Notes under the pieces: generated by a model
Database searches by the model: none
The model's input: the letters and a program-made list of their open reading frames with translations, nothing else
What the model was told of the DNA's origin: nothing
Translations under genes and position numbers: made by a program
NCBI GenBank assembly: GCA_030265395.1
Contig: JARFYF010000012.1
Coordinates: forward strand, 15,872,032-15,936,031
Source: Rhina ancylostomus
Taxonomy: Eukaryota
Direction: 5' to 3'
DNA: 64,000 nt
Shown here: positions 12,451 through 25,641 of the stretch, one piece after another
Position numbering within the stretch: the first letter of the stretch is position 1
Layout: each line of letters opens with the position of its first letter

Positions 12451-13574
12451 AAACTTTGAAGATCAGATCAATGATATCCTTGAACAGATCATAATTTGTG
12501 TAATGAGCAGACTAAAACAGGTGGGCTATACAATATCATGAGGTGGGGTGGAAAAGAGCTATACTTAATTTTCAGAGACTGTCATATGTAACTGTGCCCT
12601 TCGTCCAGCATATGCTGGGTACTATGTGTGGGATGATGTGCTGTAACCTGCCTATTGTGATGGATATGTCTTTTCATCATTTGTGGTTTTATCTGCACCT
12701 CAAGATGTCCCTGAACATTTTGTTCATCCTGAAATGCAATCATACAGAGCAAGATTTGATCCCTGGACAACAGTGATTTTGCACTTCATGCTCCCCCATC
12801 CACTGCCAGATTGTCTCATATTTTATGTCACATTCTTCTCCAAGGTGGGGATGGGTTCCAGGAATAACAACAAAGGACTGAGTTTGGAATGCACATTTGT
12901 GGTGACATCAGAAAGTAATTTTACTAACTGAGTGAACTTTCAACAAGATTTTACAATGCATCCAATAATCTTTTCATTTCAAGTATAGGAAATATAAATA
13001 GTTCAGCCATATTGTAATTAAACTTCATAAGAATTTACTGCATGCTATTGGCAAATTTATTATGAAAAACTTTCTGAATAATATCCTTATGCAGGCTTCT
13101 TTGAGTCAACTTTAAGAAAAGCATTTTTGGGTCTCCTGGTCAGAAGAATTTGCATCATTTTTTAGTGGTCATATTGTACACAGGTGGCAGAGTTATCTTT
13201 CTCAGAAATGCATTCTGTTGCGTGCTGTATCAAATTATTAAGTTCTGTGCAATGTTTTGTATAATAAACTTTGTTGATTGCACAGACCTTTTAGTAACCT
13301 TCTATTATGAGCTTTGTTGTTACGATGCCAAGCAAATTCTTGCATTTTTCTTCACTGAAACCATTTATGTTTATTGAAATGCGTTACTTATCTTTAGTAG
13401 CTATTTCCTGGTTTCACTATCACTGTAGCTTTTGCTTAAATTAGCTGTCTTTTTCTGCTTTGTGAAAATTATTTAAAGTTGCTTCTAGATTATATTAAAT
13501 ACTTTGATTCGTTACAGCATTAATTGTAGATTGATTCACAAAAATAGGAACAACTTATCTTTAACTTAGTAAAA

Positions 13575-13950
13575 TCTCACGAGATGCATCACAGGAGCAT
13601 TAGCAAAGCAAATTGGACACCAGTCCACCCAATGATCTATTGCGACAAATGACAATGGCCATAGAAATTGGATTCGAGATGTATTTTAAAGGAGGTGGAG
13701 ATGTTTAAAAAGCAAATTCTGCAACTTAGGGGAGAGGCAACTAAAGGCAAGGCTACCAAAGAGGGAGCAAATAACATTGGCAATACAATCTAGATTTGGA
13801 TATGTAAAGTCAGCCAGGGTGTAAAGGGCAGGAGGACATTAAAGAGGTAGAAAGGGAAGAATGAGAGTTTTCAAACTGAAGCATTACTTCTCTGAAGCCA
13901 AGTAGGTCAGTGGTCATAAGGGTGATGGGTAGGCAGGATCTGGGCAGAAA
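13575..13950 (-). mobile_element. Old L2-type LINE 3' fragment
   Basis: Purine-rich reverse-L2 pattern (ttttaaaggagg...aaattc...cttaggg...ggcaactaaaggca). Similar copies at about 8750-9200, 37690-37880 and 61950-62400. Confidence 0.5.
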
Positions 13951-15510
13951 TGTAAAAGTATAATTCTGTATTAAAATTAACGTGGTCAATGGCTGCACAG
14001 TTGTCTTTACCCCTGCTATTAAATACCTGTGCAAGAGTTTTAAGAATTGATGTTTCATCTCCTTCTGGTTATTTCACCAACAGATCAGGTTTCCATAACA
14101 CTCCAGTTACTTGTGCACAAATGGGTATTTTATTTATTGAAAGGCTAGGTCCCAATTGAGAGTGGAACAATCTACCCTTACTCTGTAAATTAAGGTATCA
14201 GAAAAAGAAGCAGAATAACTGAAACTTAAGAAGCAAGATAATTAGAAATTTGATTCAATCCTAATTTCAATTTGATTTATCTTTTACCTAAAATAAAATT
14301 CAATATTCATTTACCACCTAGATGCCGCTGGTGCTATTTGATCCTTGAATTTATTTAGATTTAAATTAGTCAATATCAAGTAACTAATTGTTGTCCTGGT
14401 AACCACCTTAGACAAACATATGTTTCATTACTGATTAGGCTCAAAAGGCTCTGTTGAAATTTCTTGATAAGGCAATTGTAGCCATCAGCCAGCATTAATT
14501 CTTACTACTCATGTTACATTCCATCATCGGCTAGAAGATTCAAACAAATGCATAGTACTTAGTGTACTCTCCTTTTCTGATTGAAATTATTTTGGTCACA
14601 TTTGTCTTTCTCCTGCTCACACTCTCTCCTCCCCACCTCTATTGATAGACAATAACAAAACCCTTTAGCGTCAATTTTCTAATCTTGAATAGAAAATCAA
14701 TCAGGAAGAATTAGATTTTCTCTCCTTTGAGATGTAATTTATGATTATGTGTTCCAAAGAATTGATAAAAATTAACCCTTGCATTTGAACGGGAACTTGT
14801 ACAATGCTTGTTTGATACAAAAATATATTTACTTTCTTTTACTCCACTGGGTATTTTACAAAATAATTAAAGCTATGCATTACAAAACTGTTTTCTTTAG
14901 CCTAATATTTTGTGCTTCAAGTCAAGTGATGCCCATCACATAATTTATTTGGTGGTTGATCTGAGTTAGATTTAACCATAGATAATAATGATTTGTTTTA
15001 AGCACAGTAATGTTAAAAATTTATTCGTATTTTTGTGGTTTTGTCCTTTGTAGATGACAGATTCCAAACATTATANNNNNNNNNNNNNNNNNNNNNNNNN
15101 NNNNNNNNNNNNNNNNNNNNNNNNNNNNNNNNNNNNNNNNNNNNNNNNNNNNNNNNNNNNNNNNNNNNNNNNNNNNNNNNNNNNNNNNNNNNNNNNNNNN
15201 NNNNNNNNNNNNNNNNNNNNNNNNNNNNNNNNNNNNNNNNNNNNNNNNNNNNNNNNNNNNNNNNNNNNNNNNNNNNNNNNNNNNNNNNNNNNNNNNNNNN
15301 NNNNNNNNNNNNNNNNNNNNNNNNNNNNNNNNNNNCTTTCAAAAATTTATCTACTTTCTCTTTAACTATGTCCGGAGATCCAACAGCTCTCTGGGCTAGA
15401 GAATTCCAGACATAGATTTTGGAAGGTGTCAATAGTTCAGGCAGAATCTGATTCTCTCCTTAGATGCTGTCCAACCTTAAGACCATTTTCTGTGTTTATC
15501 AAACACAGAG

Positions 15511-15764
15511 GGGCGGCACGGTAGCATAGCGGTTAGCGCAACGCTATTACAGCGCCAGCGATCAGGGTTCGATTCCCATCGCTGTCTGTAAGGAGTATGT
15601 ATGTTCTCCTGTGTCTGCGTGGGTTTCCTCCGGGTGCTCCGGTTTCCTCCCACATTCTAAAGACATACAGGTAGGTTACTATGGGGTTTAAAATGGGCGG
15701 CATGGACTCATTGGGCCAAAAGGGTCTGTTACCATGCTGTAAATAAAATTTAAATTTAAAAAAA
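15511..15764 (+). mobile_element. Near full-length tRNA-derived V-SINE with CR1-type tail
   Basis: A-box-like ggtagcatagcggtt, B-box ggttcgattcc, V-domain tgcgtgggtttcctccgggtgctccggtttcctcccaca, tail ttgggccaaaagggtctgttaccatgctgtaaataaaa with an A-rich end. CpG-rich, so relatively young. Confidence 0.9.
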
Positions 15765-15984
15765 GCCTGAAAACAATATGAAATGTAAAAAAGACATAGT
15801 TACATGGAATCTTAGTTGGAATATATCAAATATCTTTCTCTGTTCAAGATTATATTTTATTAAACCAACCTTGTACACCTGAAATGTATTTTAACATGCA
15901 ATAACTATATTTGGGTCTGCACAATCAATAATTTTTCATTACTTAGCATATTTCTCAAACATTAACAGAGAAGATTTCATGGTA

Positions 15985-16290
15985 AAAGCAAAATTTTGCA
16001 GGTGTTGCAGATCTGAAATATAAAATGCTGGGAATGCTCAACATGCTGGACACCATTTGTGGAAAAGTAAATTGATTTAACATTTCAGGTCAATGGTCAT
16101 TAAGAGCGGCAAAGGTTCATGATAAACAGGTCTTAAGATACAAAAAAAAAGGTAAGAGAGAATAAAAGGGGATGTTTGTGAAAGGGAGGAAGGCAGGACA
16201 GATCAGACGGGTGAAAGAGGGTGGAAATGGAACNNNNNNNNNNNNAGATCAGAGAGACCTGATCAAAGAAAGTAATGAAGGAAACAAAGA
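15985..16290 (-). mobile_element. Penelope 3' terminal repeat and UTR remnant
   Basis: tgcagatctgaaatataaaatgctgggaatgctcaaca...ttaacatttcaggtc is the reverse of the 5550-5650 motif, followed by purine-rich reverse UTR. Confidence 0.6.
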
Positions 16291-17194
16291 TTTAACTATA
16301 CTTTTTTTTCACTCATTCTAGCAAAAGAAGCCAATTGTTCCATACCTGTTTTTACCTCTTGGCCAATCCTACTGCTTCTTTCAAGAACACATGCATAGAT
16401 AAGTTGGTCTGTGTCTTCTCCTCCTGACGGTAAACTGGCATAACTTGTTATAGAAGTTCTCCCTTAAGGTGTACGTCCTACCACACCAAACATTGGCTCA
16501 GAATTCAGCAGACTACATGTTGTCGATAGTTATTTTGAAGGGATGTGTTAGAAAAATCCTTCAGCCCAGGTGAGCAGGAGGAGGTGACAATAACAAGGAA
16601 GGCCAAGAGAGCTGTCCTAAGTGTCAGCTCCGCTGAAGCAAAAGGAAGTGTTGTCCATTAAAAAATTGATTCATGTACACCAGAAATTATTGTAGGCCCT
16701 GGACTGTCTATTAAACAGTTTAAAGGATAATGGTGACTATAACGGTAAAGTCTACTACTTGCTTAAATGAGGTCCATGACATTGTAAATCTGCAAAAACC
16801 ATGGAAAACATGTTTATATGGGTCTATTTATGCTAATCATCCCCTACCCATGACTTTACCTTAATAAAATCTATCAGAGACGTTTATACTGGAGTCAAAC
16901 TTCAATCACCTCCTCTTTACTCGATAGATGGGAGGGTCAGAAACAAGAGCTTCATACAGCTCAGTAATGATAAAAGTCAAAACACTGTGTGCAAAGCAGC
17001 AAACAACGCACAGGACTTCAAGAATTTCTAATATCTCAGCAGAGAGCACCACCTTGCTGCTTTGAGGATCCAGAAAGTGAGATATCTAAGCCATTAAGCC
17101 ATTGATTATCCAGTTAATTGGCTGTCATATTGATTTTGCCTTTGACAACTGAAATGAACCAGGACAGAGAAAATTAGAAATGTTTGATCTATCA

Positions 17195-17490
17195 GCTGGC
17201 TGTAGATGTGGGTAATGCTGGCACTTATCACCCTTCCCCAATTATCCTGTTCCAAGTCACTGGCTAAACCATTTCCAGAGCAGTTAAGGATCAAGCACAC
17301 TGCCATGGATTCTGTGGTCACATATGGACCAGACCAGGTAAGGATGGCAGATTTCCTTCCCTGAAGGAAATTAACGAACAATTCAGTAATTTCACAATCC
17401 CTGTTACTGGTACCAGATTCTCCAGCTATCACACTGAGATTCAAAAACTCATATCTCTGGATTCTCAGTAACATGATCACTATGAGTTAA
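17195..17490 (-). mobile_element. tRNA-derived SINE (second family; another copy at about 61260-61580)
   Basis: Both loci share the core gtcacat...ccaga..aggtaagga..gcagat.tccttcc.tga.g and a reverse tRNA-like head (ctctggat...cactatg). Confidence 0.65.
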
Positions 17491-18339
17491 CTCTGGCAGG
17501 GCTCAGCACTAATACAACAATTGTTTTAATGACTGAAGACAGTTTTGGGCTCCAACTGAAGGTCTAGTACAGAGCCCCTAAAGAAAGGAAACATTTATTT
17601 TACAAAAGATGTCATTAGGTAATCTTCCCCTGAAGCTCCCAACCCTCTTTTGGTCAGGAATTTCTCATTATTGATAGCTTGTATCCTGACCATTGTCACT
17701 ATCAACTGAGGAAAACTGTTTCTTTGTAGTTTACTTGCCTGTTGTTGCACATTATTTCATTTAAATAAGAACTTGACTGCATAGTAAGTGGTGTGGCACC
17801 CAATCACCAGTTGACCATTACTCCTCACCTGGTTGCTGGATATTTGGAATTCTGGAAGCTCATGCATGCAGTGAGTGAGGACATCTGCCTCAATGTATGA
17901 AGTATGCTTGCCTGGGTGATCTGTGTGTAAGTGCATTGACTATCCAAGTGTATGTGTCTAGGTTCTCAAATGTTACATGTCTGGAATATCCAGGTATAAG
18001 TATCTGGGTTATCTGAGTGTGCATGTCTTGATGTGTCAAGTGATTATTTCTGAACAGTTTCCACAAGTGGATGGAGGAGCTTGAAAGAGAACTGGACTGG
18101 ACTAGGTGCCAGATTTTTCCAAGATCCTGAATCAAAGGTTTCTCCTACATCTTTGGAAGAGGAAGAAAAACATCCACTGACACTGCACTGACACTTTAGC
18201 TGCCTGCGTTACTTCTTTGTGAGTTAATAATCCACAAAGTTAAAATTGGTAGCTTGGAAACTACGGCAAGCAAAAGCTCACCAAATTATTTAAAACATTT
18301 TTTTCCTCATTTGCATTAAACATTCTTGTTGCAGATATC

Positions 18340-18580
18340 CGAGATGAGGGGAAGTGGGCTGTTTGATGTGAAGAAATGGCTGATACCACTGGATTGATCA
18401 AGGGCTACAGGATCAGGCAGCACCCCAGCTCGAGCACTGAATATGTGCACCCCAGCCATAGCCATACTTTTAGTCAAAATGAACCAGTACCATTTCAATC
18501 CAGAAGATTACGCAGGTATGGCCTACCAACAAACAAAAGGACAAATCAAGCCTCTAATTACTGACCAGTCATTGTACTCC
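18340..18580 (+). mobile_element. Degraded CR1/L2-group LINE RT fragment
   Basis: Frameshifted remnants of VKKWL..LD..K..G and KI.QV.P..K.KDKS...NY.P, the motifs upstream of the RT core. Confidence 0.6.
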
Positions 18581-18584
18581 CAAT

Positions 18585-18798
18585 TTCAACATGAAGTTGG
18601 ACTGGGAAACTCAGCAAAGCAGCAGATCTCAGGAGAGTGAGTTGGTGGAGTGTTTACGGGACGGCTTTCGGGAGCAACTTGTTGATGAGCCCACCAGGGG
18701 ATCGGCTGTTTTGGATTGGGGGTTGTGTAATGAACCGGAGGCGATTAGAGAATTAGAGGTAAAAGAGCCATTAGGAACTAGCGACCATAATATGATTG
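18585..18798 (+). mobile_element. CR1 ORF2 APE-endonuclease C-terminal fragment running into a gap
   Basis: QESELVECLRDGFREQLVDEPTRGSAVLDWGLCNEPEAIRELEVKEPLGTSDHNMI contains the EPTR...LD...SDH motifs. Confidence 0.92.
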
Positions 18799-18898
18799 NN
18801 NNNNNNNNNNNNNNNNNNNNNNNNNNNNNNNNNNNNNNNNNNNNNNNNNNNNNNNNNNNNNNNNNNNNNNNNNNNNNNNNNNNNNNNNNNNNNNNNNN

Positions 18899-18930
<32 letters not shown>

Positions 18931-18955
18931 TAGAAAGAGAGAGAGAGAGCGAGAG
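18899..18955. repeat. (GA)n microsatellite at a gap edge
   Basis: Imperfect GA dinucleotide run. Confidence 0.95.
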
Positions 18956-18990
18956 AAAAACAGTGTGGGGTGTGTGGGGTGTTCTCAGTG

Positions 18991-19130
18991 GAGAGGGAAA
19001 CAATGAATGTTTCAGATATGAGACCCTTTGTCAGAACTCATGTTAACTCTGTTTCTCTTTCCATAGATGCCTGTCCTGCTGAGGGCTTCCAGCATTTTCT
19101 GTTTTTATCTCAGGTTTTCAGCATCTGCAG
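18991..19130. mobile_element. Partial inverted pair of Penelope terminal repeats
   Basis: Reverse copy (atgtttcagatatgagaccctttgtcagaac) abuts a forward copy (atgttaactctgtttctctttccatagatgc...cagcatctgcag). Confidence 0.7.
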
Positions 19131-20929
19131 GCTTGTTGATTCGCACTGAAAAGTGGTGTTTGGATCAATAAATGTTACATGACAACGTTTCCAGGGTAAT
19201 ATCCAGTCAAAGCTGACAATCCCTCTTCATTCCTGACCTTAGTTCTGTTGCAATATGTGTTCTGTTCTGGGGCCTGTTATCCTCAAGGCCTCTCTATTGG
19301 TATAATCTGACTCTGTCAATAGTTATGAAAGGACCTTCTTTTGACTCCCAAGAATTTAGCTGAAGACAGGACAGTTTTAGGCAAGTGTATCTAATCATTT
19401 ACACCAAGTACACACATCTGCACCCTGTGAAGTTTTGGCCATATACCATCTTTCCCTACCGTTGATTTATTTTCTTCAAGACCACTTTGAGAGGTAGACA
19501 TGCTCCTTTATAAACTATTGATTGGTTTATGGAAGAAACCTTCCACTGCAAAAATGGTAGTAAATCTTGTCAGTAATCTTTAATTTTCAAGACAGAAATA
19601 AACTCAAGAACATGGCAATGAATCTGGAAAGAAATAACATGTAACTGCAGTTCACAATAAAAAACAATGAAATAAGCTCAGTGGATTTCTTATTGAAAAA
19701 GTAACAATCCTCTTTTGTTTTGTTAACAAGATAAACAAGAAATGAATTTAGACTGCTGTTTGAGTAATTATAATGGCCAATTTGTTGCTGGAGACTTTTG
19801 TTCTCTGGTCCATTTTTGACCCATTACATCAAATAGGTCCTAATTAACAGATGGCGCTGATTGATTAGGGTTAAGCAGCTTCAGGCAATGTTGGAAAGCA
19901 ACCACTGCTTTGATACCTTTAAATCTTATTTTTAAAATTGAAAACTGATGTTAAAAGACCGTATTCAGAAATACACACTTAGCTCAGTCTATTGGGTCTA
20001 TGTTGTACGTGTCAAACAACAAGCTGCTTAGATCTTTACATGGTGTTGTGCTAGACTAATATTACTTTATGTTCTCTTGCCAGAAGTGCGGCAAGCTCTG
20101 CAAAATTAATAATCCTAAATTGTCTTTCGCTGCTTGAATGCAACAAAAGATTTTTTATAAACCTGACACGCATTCAAAAAAATACTTTCATATTTGGTAA
20201 TAATGTAAAACTTTCTGTAATGGTAATATATTTTTCTTCCTTCTTAACCGCATATATAAATAGAAAAAATTAAATGTAGGTATGTGGTAAGTTAAATGAG
20301 TATAGTAGGAGCCAGCTTCTGAGCTGAACTGACAGGTTAGCTGAAGATGAATGCACTAAAGCTGTCTGAGAACTTGGCTTCTATGTCAAAGCTAATTGTT
20401 GGGTAAATGTCTCACTTTATGACATGGAAATTAAATATAGCACTATCATTTTTAAATAACTTCTGAATTTAGCAAAATTACAGAAAGCCATGATTTTGAT
20501 GGAGTAAAGAACAGAGCTGATTGGAGTTACTTGGGATCAAGATGTACCTTGTTATAAAGCGACAATTGTCTCTAAATTGTGGCCTCAGCTTTAACACTGC
20601 TGCCACTTCCCTTACTATGCACATATTCAGTGAAAGCCAGGAATTGGGGGAGTTAAAATGTATACTTCTCACTTCTTTCCTGCCCAGCTGGCTAACAAGG
20701 ACACACAACAGAATGGTAATGAAATACTAAGTAAAATACTTGTACTGTCGGGTTCCAATATACTAAGGGAGTTAAAACCAATTCCTGTGGAACAAATGTT
20801 TTAACTGAGTACAAATTCTTTCTGTAATACTCCATGCAATCCGATACACTTCCTTCCATTATTTTCCATTATTTGAATAATTTGGTACATTGGCAAGTTG
20901 AAAGAGAATGGAAAGTTTACTATTTAGAC

Positions 20930-21205
20930 CATGGAACACAGAAGAGTACAGAAGAGGAACAGGCCCTTCAACCCACGATGTCTCTGCTGACCATGCAGTC
21001 TGTCTGCACATGATCCATCTCTCTCCATTCCCTCCACGTTCCTGGGCCTATCTAAATGCCTCTTAAACATCACTATCGTATCTACTTCCACCACCACCCC
21101 AGCTGCGCTTTCTAGGCACCTACCATTCTCTGTGTAAAAAAAAACTTGCCCTGCACATCTCCTTTAAACACTCCCGCTTTCACCTTACAGCTATGCCCTA
21201 TAGTA
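20930..21205 (-). mobile_element. CR1 LINE 3' end
   Basis: gaacacagaagagtacagaagaggaacaggcccttc...tctacttccaccaccacccc...ccattctctgtgtaaaaaa...cttgccc is the reverse CR1 end. Confidence 0.8.
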
Positions 21206-21529
21206 CTTGTTGTGTGGATTCACTATTCAAGATAAAGATAAAGATATCTTTATTAGTCACATGTATTCCTTAGATGTTTTAATTTTAATAGAACAAAAAA
21301 ATACATATCCCACTTAATGAACCAAATAATTTCTGTTGGATTTGTTTAATTAGCAAGTTATACACAGCACTGCTTTTATAATCTTGTTTGGCTTATGCAA
21401 AGCTAACGGCCCTGACCAGAGTTTATTGAATTGTAAATCCACCACATTTTATAGTGCAGTAGCTTGACTAGAACTTCTTCCACTCAGCTTGAAAATGCAA
21501 CAAATATCAAACATTTCTCATCAACAGTA

Positions 21530-21822
21530 TAAGACAAGACAAGATCTCTTTATCAGTCACATGTACATCAAAACACACAGTGAAATGTATCTTTTGCGTA
21601 GAGTGTTCTGGGGGCTGCCCGCAAGTGTCGCCGCGCTTCCGGCACCAACATAGCATGCCCACAACTTCCTAACCCATACATCTTTGGAATGTGGGTGGAA
21701 ACCGGAGCACCCAGAGAAAACCCACGCAGACATGGGGAGAACGTACAAACTCCTTACAGACAGGGGCCAGAATCGAACGCAGGTTGCTGGTGCAGTAAAG
21801 CGTTATGCTAACCGCTGTTGCA
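21530..21822 (-). mobile_element. tRNA-derived V-SINE with Rex1-like tail
   Basis: Reverse complement shows head gcggttagcataacgct, B-box gttcgattc and the V-domain, then tail tttcactgtgtgttttgatgtacatgtgactgataaa plus (tcttg)n. An isolated tail fragment lies at about 21229-21267. Confidence 0.9.
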
Positions 21823-22021
21823 TAATATTTATTTGTAAGTGTTCTTGGATCACTTACTATTAACAAATTGGCAAACGATTTGCCGTTGTTATGCGTAATA
21901 CTGTCATTTCTTGTATTACCATTCCTGGACACTGAAGGGTTGTAACAGAATGATGGTACTTGGAAAAATGGTTGAGATAATTTCTCAGTCCATGTGAAGA
22001 AGCTATGGGAATTTTTTTTTA

Positions 22022-22138
22022 AACTGCAGATGCTGGAAATCTGAAAATAAAAATGATGGAAATACTGAGCAGGTAAGATGGCATCTATGGAAAAGGAAAA
22101 AGAGTTAATGTTCCAAGTTGAAGACCCTTGATTAGACC
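22022..22138 (-). mobile_element. Solo Penelope terminal repeat
   Basis: actgcagatgctggaaatctg...gcatctatggaaaagg...gttaatgttccaagttgaagacccttgattagacc. Other solo copies at about 37346-37436 and 47700-47778. Confidence 0.75.
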
Positions 22139-22914
22139 AGAGATTGAATCTCTTATTCTGCCAATGGATTTGGAGCATTTTGCAGAGGTATCGCAGACAG
22201 GTGTATTTTGCATCCGAATGACTTTACTAAATTGAATAGCATCTGATTGTTCGGACAAGTTAAATTTAGGTTAAACTTGATTTATTCCAGTGCAATGAGA
22301 TAAATGATTTGGCCTGAGATCAATGGGATAAAAACACTGGCAATAAAACAATACTGATCAAGGTACTCGTGCAGAGCAACAGATAACATGATATACCATT
22401 GAAGACATGTTCTTCGTCCAGATATAAATTTGTGACACAATGACTTAAGACCATATTTCTTTATTATTGTTTATAAGAAATGCTAATCTGTCATGTGCAA
22501 ATCCTTCACTGATGGGATCCAAACACTTGGCATCAGTTCTAGCTTTAGAACACATTGACTTTTAAGTAAATCTTGGAAAGATTTGGAACATGTAACAAAT
22601 TACTCAGATGTGGATTGAAGTCTGACAAAATGCAGGTGCAGATGATGAGAACACTGTCGAAAGAGAGAAAATGTTCATTCTGGTCCCTTTATTAAAGTTT
22701 CAAGTGAAGAAGAACAGATGGCTCAGATTACATTTATCAGAGAACAATATGAATGTGTTTGAAAGACGGTAGTGGTACAGATATTCATTGCAGGACTGGG
22801 GGCAGGGTGCATTGTTACAGCTGTCAAATTTTTGACATTAAAGCAAAGGTTCCAATTACCTGTTCAGTTGCATGCAATAAGATCCTCTGTTGCTATTTGA
22901 GGAAAGGAACCATA

Positions 22915-23240
22915 GGATCTTACAGCACAGAAACTGCTCGTTTGGCCCACTGAGTCTGCCCCAACTATCAAGTACCCATTTGCTCTAATTGTACACTTAC
23001 CTCATATTATTCTCCATCGCTCCTCCTCACAGAATCTACAATGTACAGTGCCCAATTAACCTACTAATCCATGTGTCTTTCAGTTGTGTGAAGAAACAGG
23101 AGCATGAGGAGGAAACCCAAACTCCACACAGGCAGCAGTGGAGGCCAGGATTTGAACCCAGGTCATTGGAGATGTGAGGCTGCAACAGGGTGTTGGAGCT
23201 GTGAAGCAGCAACTCTTCTGGCTGCGTCACTGTGCCACCA
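22915..23240 (-). mobile_element. V-type (HE1-like) SINE
   Basis: caattaacctactaatcc...caaactccacacaggcagc...ggatttgaacccaggtcattggagatgtgaggc...cactgtgccac. Further copies at about 41150-41497, 63430-63725, 59505-59580 (head only) and 37445-37635 (+, 3' half). Confidence 0.75.
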
Positions 23241-23814
23241 TTCTCCTGTGCAAAATATCTCCTTCAACCAATAAATCCAACAAAATTATAGAGAACTATC
23301 TCATTTGCCTGCTATGGATGTATTTTTATGAAGGCATGAATTGGCTGCTGCACTAGCTTAGCTACTAGGATTGACTACACCTATATATAGGATAAAGAAT
23401 TGCTGTGGAATACCTTGGTTATATCCTAAGGGTGTACTTATATGATAACGTGAAAGCTGCACATAAAAACTATACAGGCATTAATTACTGTAATTGTAAC
23501 ACTGGTGCTTACACTGAGAAAACTATCAAAAAAGAATCAACCCTGTACCCTGAGAGATAATAGCAATGGAAATCCAACATATTGTATACAATGCACTTGC
23601 ATTATAAATTGTTCAAACTCAAAGGTAGTAAATTAACTTGCTCACTAAGTTGCTAATACTTCCATGAATTTTACATCTCATAAAAAATAGAAGTTTGTTT
23701 TCAACTATTAAAACAGTTACAATTCCCAGGATACAATCTGAAATCTTATAGAACAATTGTGTTCACATGGAATAACTTTGGAATGCACAAATGATTGTGA
23801 AGTAATGTAAGTGA

Positions 23815-24760
23815 TTTTTTAAAATAAAAGCTTTATTTAAATATTTACAATATTTACATAATTTTCAAATTAAAACATTTATCATCCTTGTTCAGGATGT
23901 ACTCCAGCCCCCACTGGTTCAGGAAGTCCACCAGTGAGTCAGCAACTCTGCATTTCTCCAGGCATACCCTGACACGGCATATCCTTGGCAAGCAAGCAGT
24001 TCAGACAGTCCCTCAATGGCCTGAACCTGTTAATGGTCTTTATGGCCAGACCCAGGAGCAGACCACTGAGAAAGTCTCCTGACCCGCTCACATCCCCTCC
24101 ACCACCGCTCTCTCACCCCCACCCTGCCGCCACACACCAGGCACCAAAAGATCAGGAGCCTAGGGCTCCAGTGCACCAGCACTTAAGACCAGCTACTTCA
24201 GGCACTCAGTCAGGGACAGCAACCTTTCACATTCCATATAAACATGGAACACAGTTTTCTCCAGGCCACAAAATTGGCAAGCAGCCATGAGCCAACTTAA
24301 AAACCAGCTGCATGGCACTGCTCTATGCAATATCCTCCACCCCTGGTCCCCAATTTAAAGGGTAAGGGCTCCCACTTAGAGAGACCACCAGTATGCCCCC
24401 CTCACTACCAGGTGGTAGAAGGGACTACAAAGGCATGTCCCGATGGCAGACAAGGGTAAGGAAGTAGAGAGTGTGTAGGAGCAACCCTTACAGGAAATGT
24501 CTCTATGTGGTGTGGAATGACACTGAGGGCATTTCCAAGAGATGGTTCACGTTGTGTGGGACTGGCTACCAAGGAGGGTTTCAGAACCTAGGCCCGATTA
24601 GCCGTTCTGGCTGAGTGGGAGTTGGAGTGATTTTAGGAGTTCCTTCTATATATTGACAGAGTGTCAGAGACACCTCACCTTGAATTTGGCAACAGAAACC
24701 CAAATGACCACAGGGCTCTCACCACAGGAACTGCTCTGTTATCCGTAAAGGACTATGGGA
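23815..24760 (-). mobile_element. Tx1/L1-clade LINE 3' portion, degraded
   Basis: Reverse translation gives IGDQGWRILHRAVPC (zf-RVT 'W..LH.A' motif) and DFLSGLLLGLAIKTINRFR. AATAAA and a poly(A) remnant lie at the left end. Confidence 0.8.
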
Positions 24761-25641
24761 ACTGCAGATTTTTATGTCTACAGATTCAAGAAGGATGTAG
24801 AATGCATCACTTTAAAATAAAGCTCGCAGCGAGCAGCATACCAAGTCACAGATGGACATAACCTTAGACCCAGTTTGAAAATTTCTGTTTTACACAACTT
24901 GAAACAATTATGCTGTGATTTGGAACAATGGAATTTAGAACTATAACACAACAGATTGCTTTCCTAGAATTTTTCTCAAAAATTTAAATCCTTTCAGAAC
25001 TTCCAGTTAATCTTTGTTACAGTACCACATGCAATTTATCATCTGTTCTGTGTGGCTTGATCATAGGCTATGCTTGAAAATGTAGCCTGAACTTAAAGTC
25101 TGTTTTATTGTTTATGCAGAGAGCAATCCCAAATGTAAGGTATTCAAAGTGGAATAAAAACTCCTTCAAGATAAGATAAACAGATAAGATGGAAAGCAAA
25201 CAAGAACAGCAGGATAAATGCCTTTTTAAATCCTCGTTAAGATTGTGCTCTAAAATAGAACATTTTTCCATACTTGCAACTCATGAGTAAGCCTTACATA
25301 CTTCTAAATTAGGTACAAGAATTAGACCTTGGAATTTCTGAGCCGGGAGAGAGAAAGACCTCACCGAAGAAGAAACTGTAAATCAAATATTCAGAAATTT
25401 GTAGTTTAATTTTCTTTAAAAAAATGTAATCTTTGGGGAGGCGGAATGGAGGTGGCAGCTGATGCAGCATCAAATCTGACTTTAGGGTCACTGCAACCAC
25501 ACTGAGAAGTCTAGGCACCAGAAAAGGGAGCAGTAAAATTACGCTGAGCACACGTGAGCCCTTGATGGAATTTGAAGGCCAGGGTGATGGTTATCAGTTT
25601 TGTGGAGACCATTGTGCAGCTGTACATCTAAAATTAAATTA

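Noticed and set aside
15511-15580. tRNA-like sequence with A and B boxes
   Set aside because: It is the head of a SINE and continues into the V-domain; not a tRNA gene.
18334-18515. Plus-strand exon-like segment with good splice sites
   Set aside because: There are stops in all three frames, and the sequence is a decayed LINE RT fragment.
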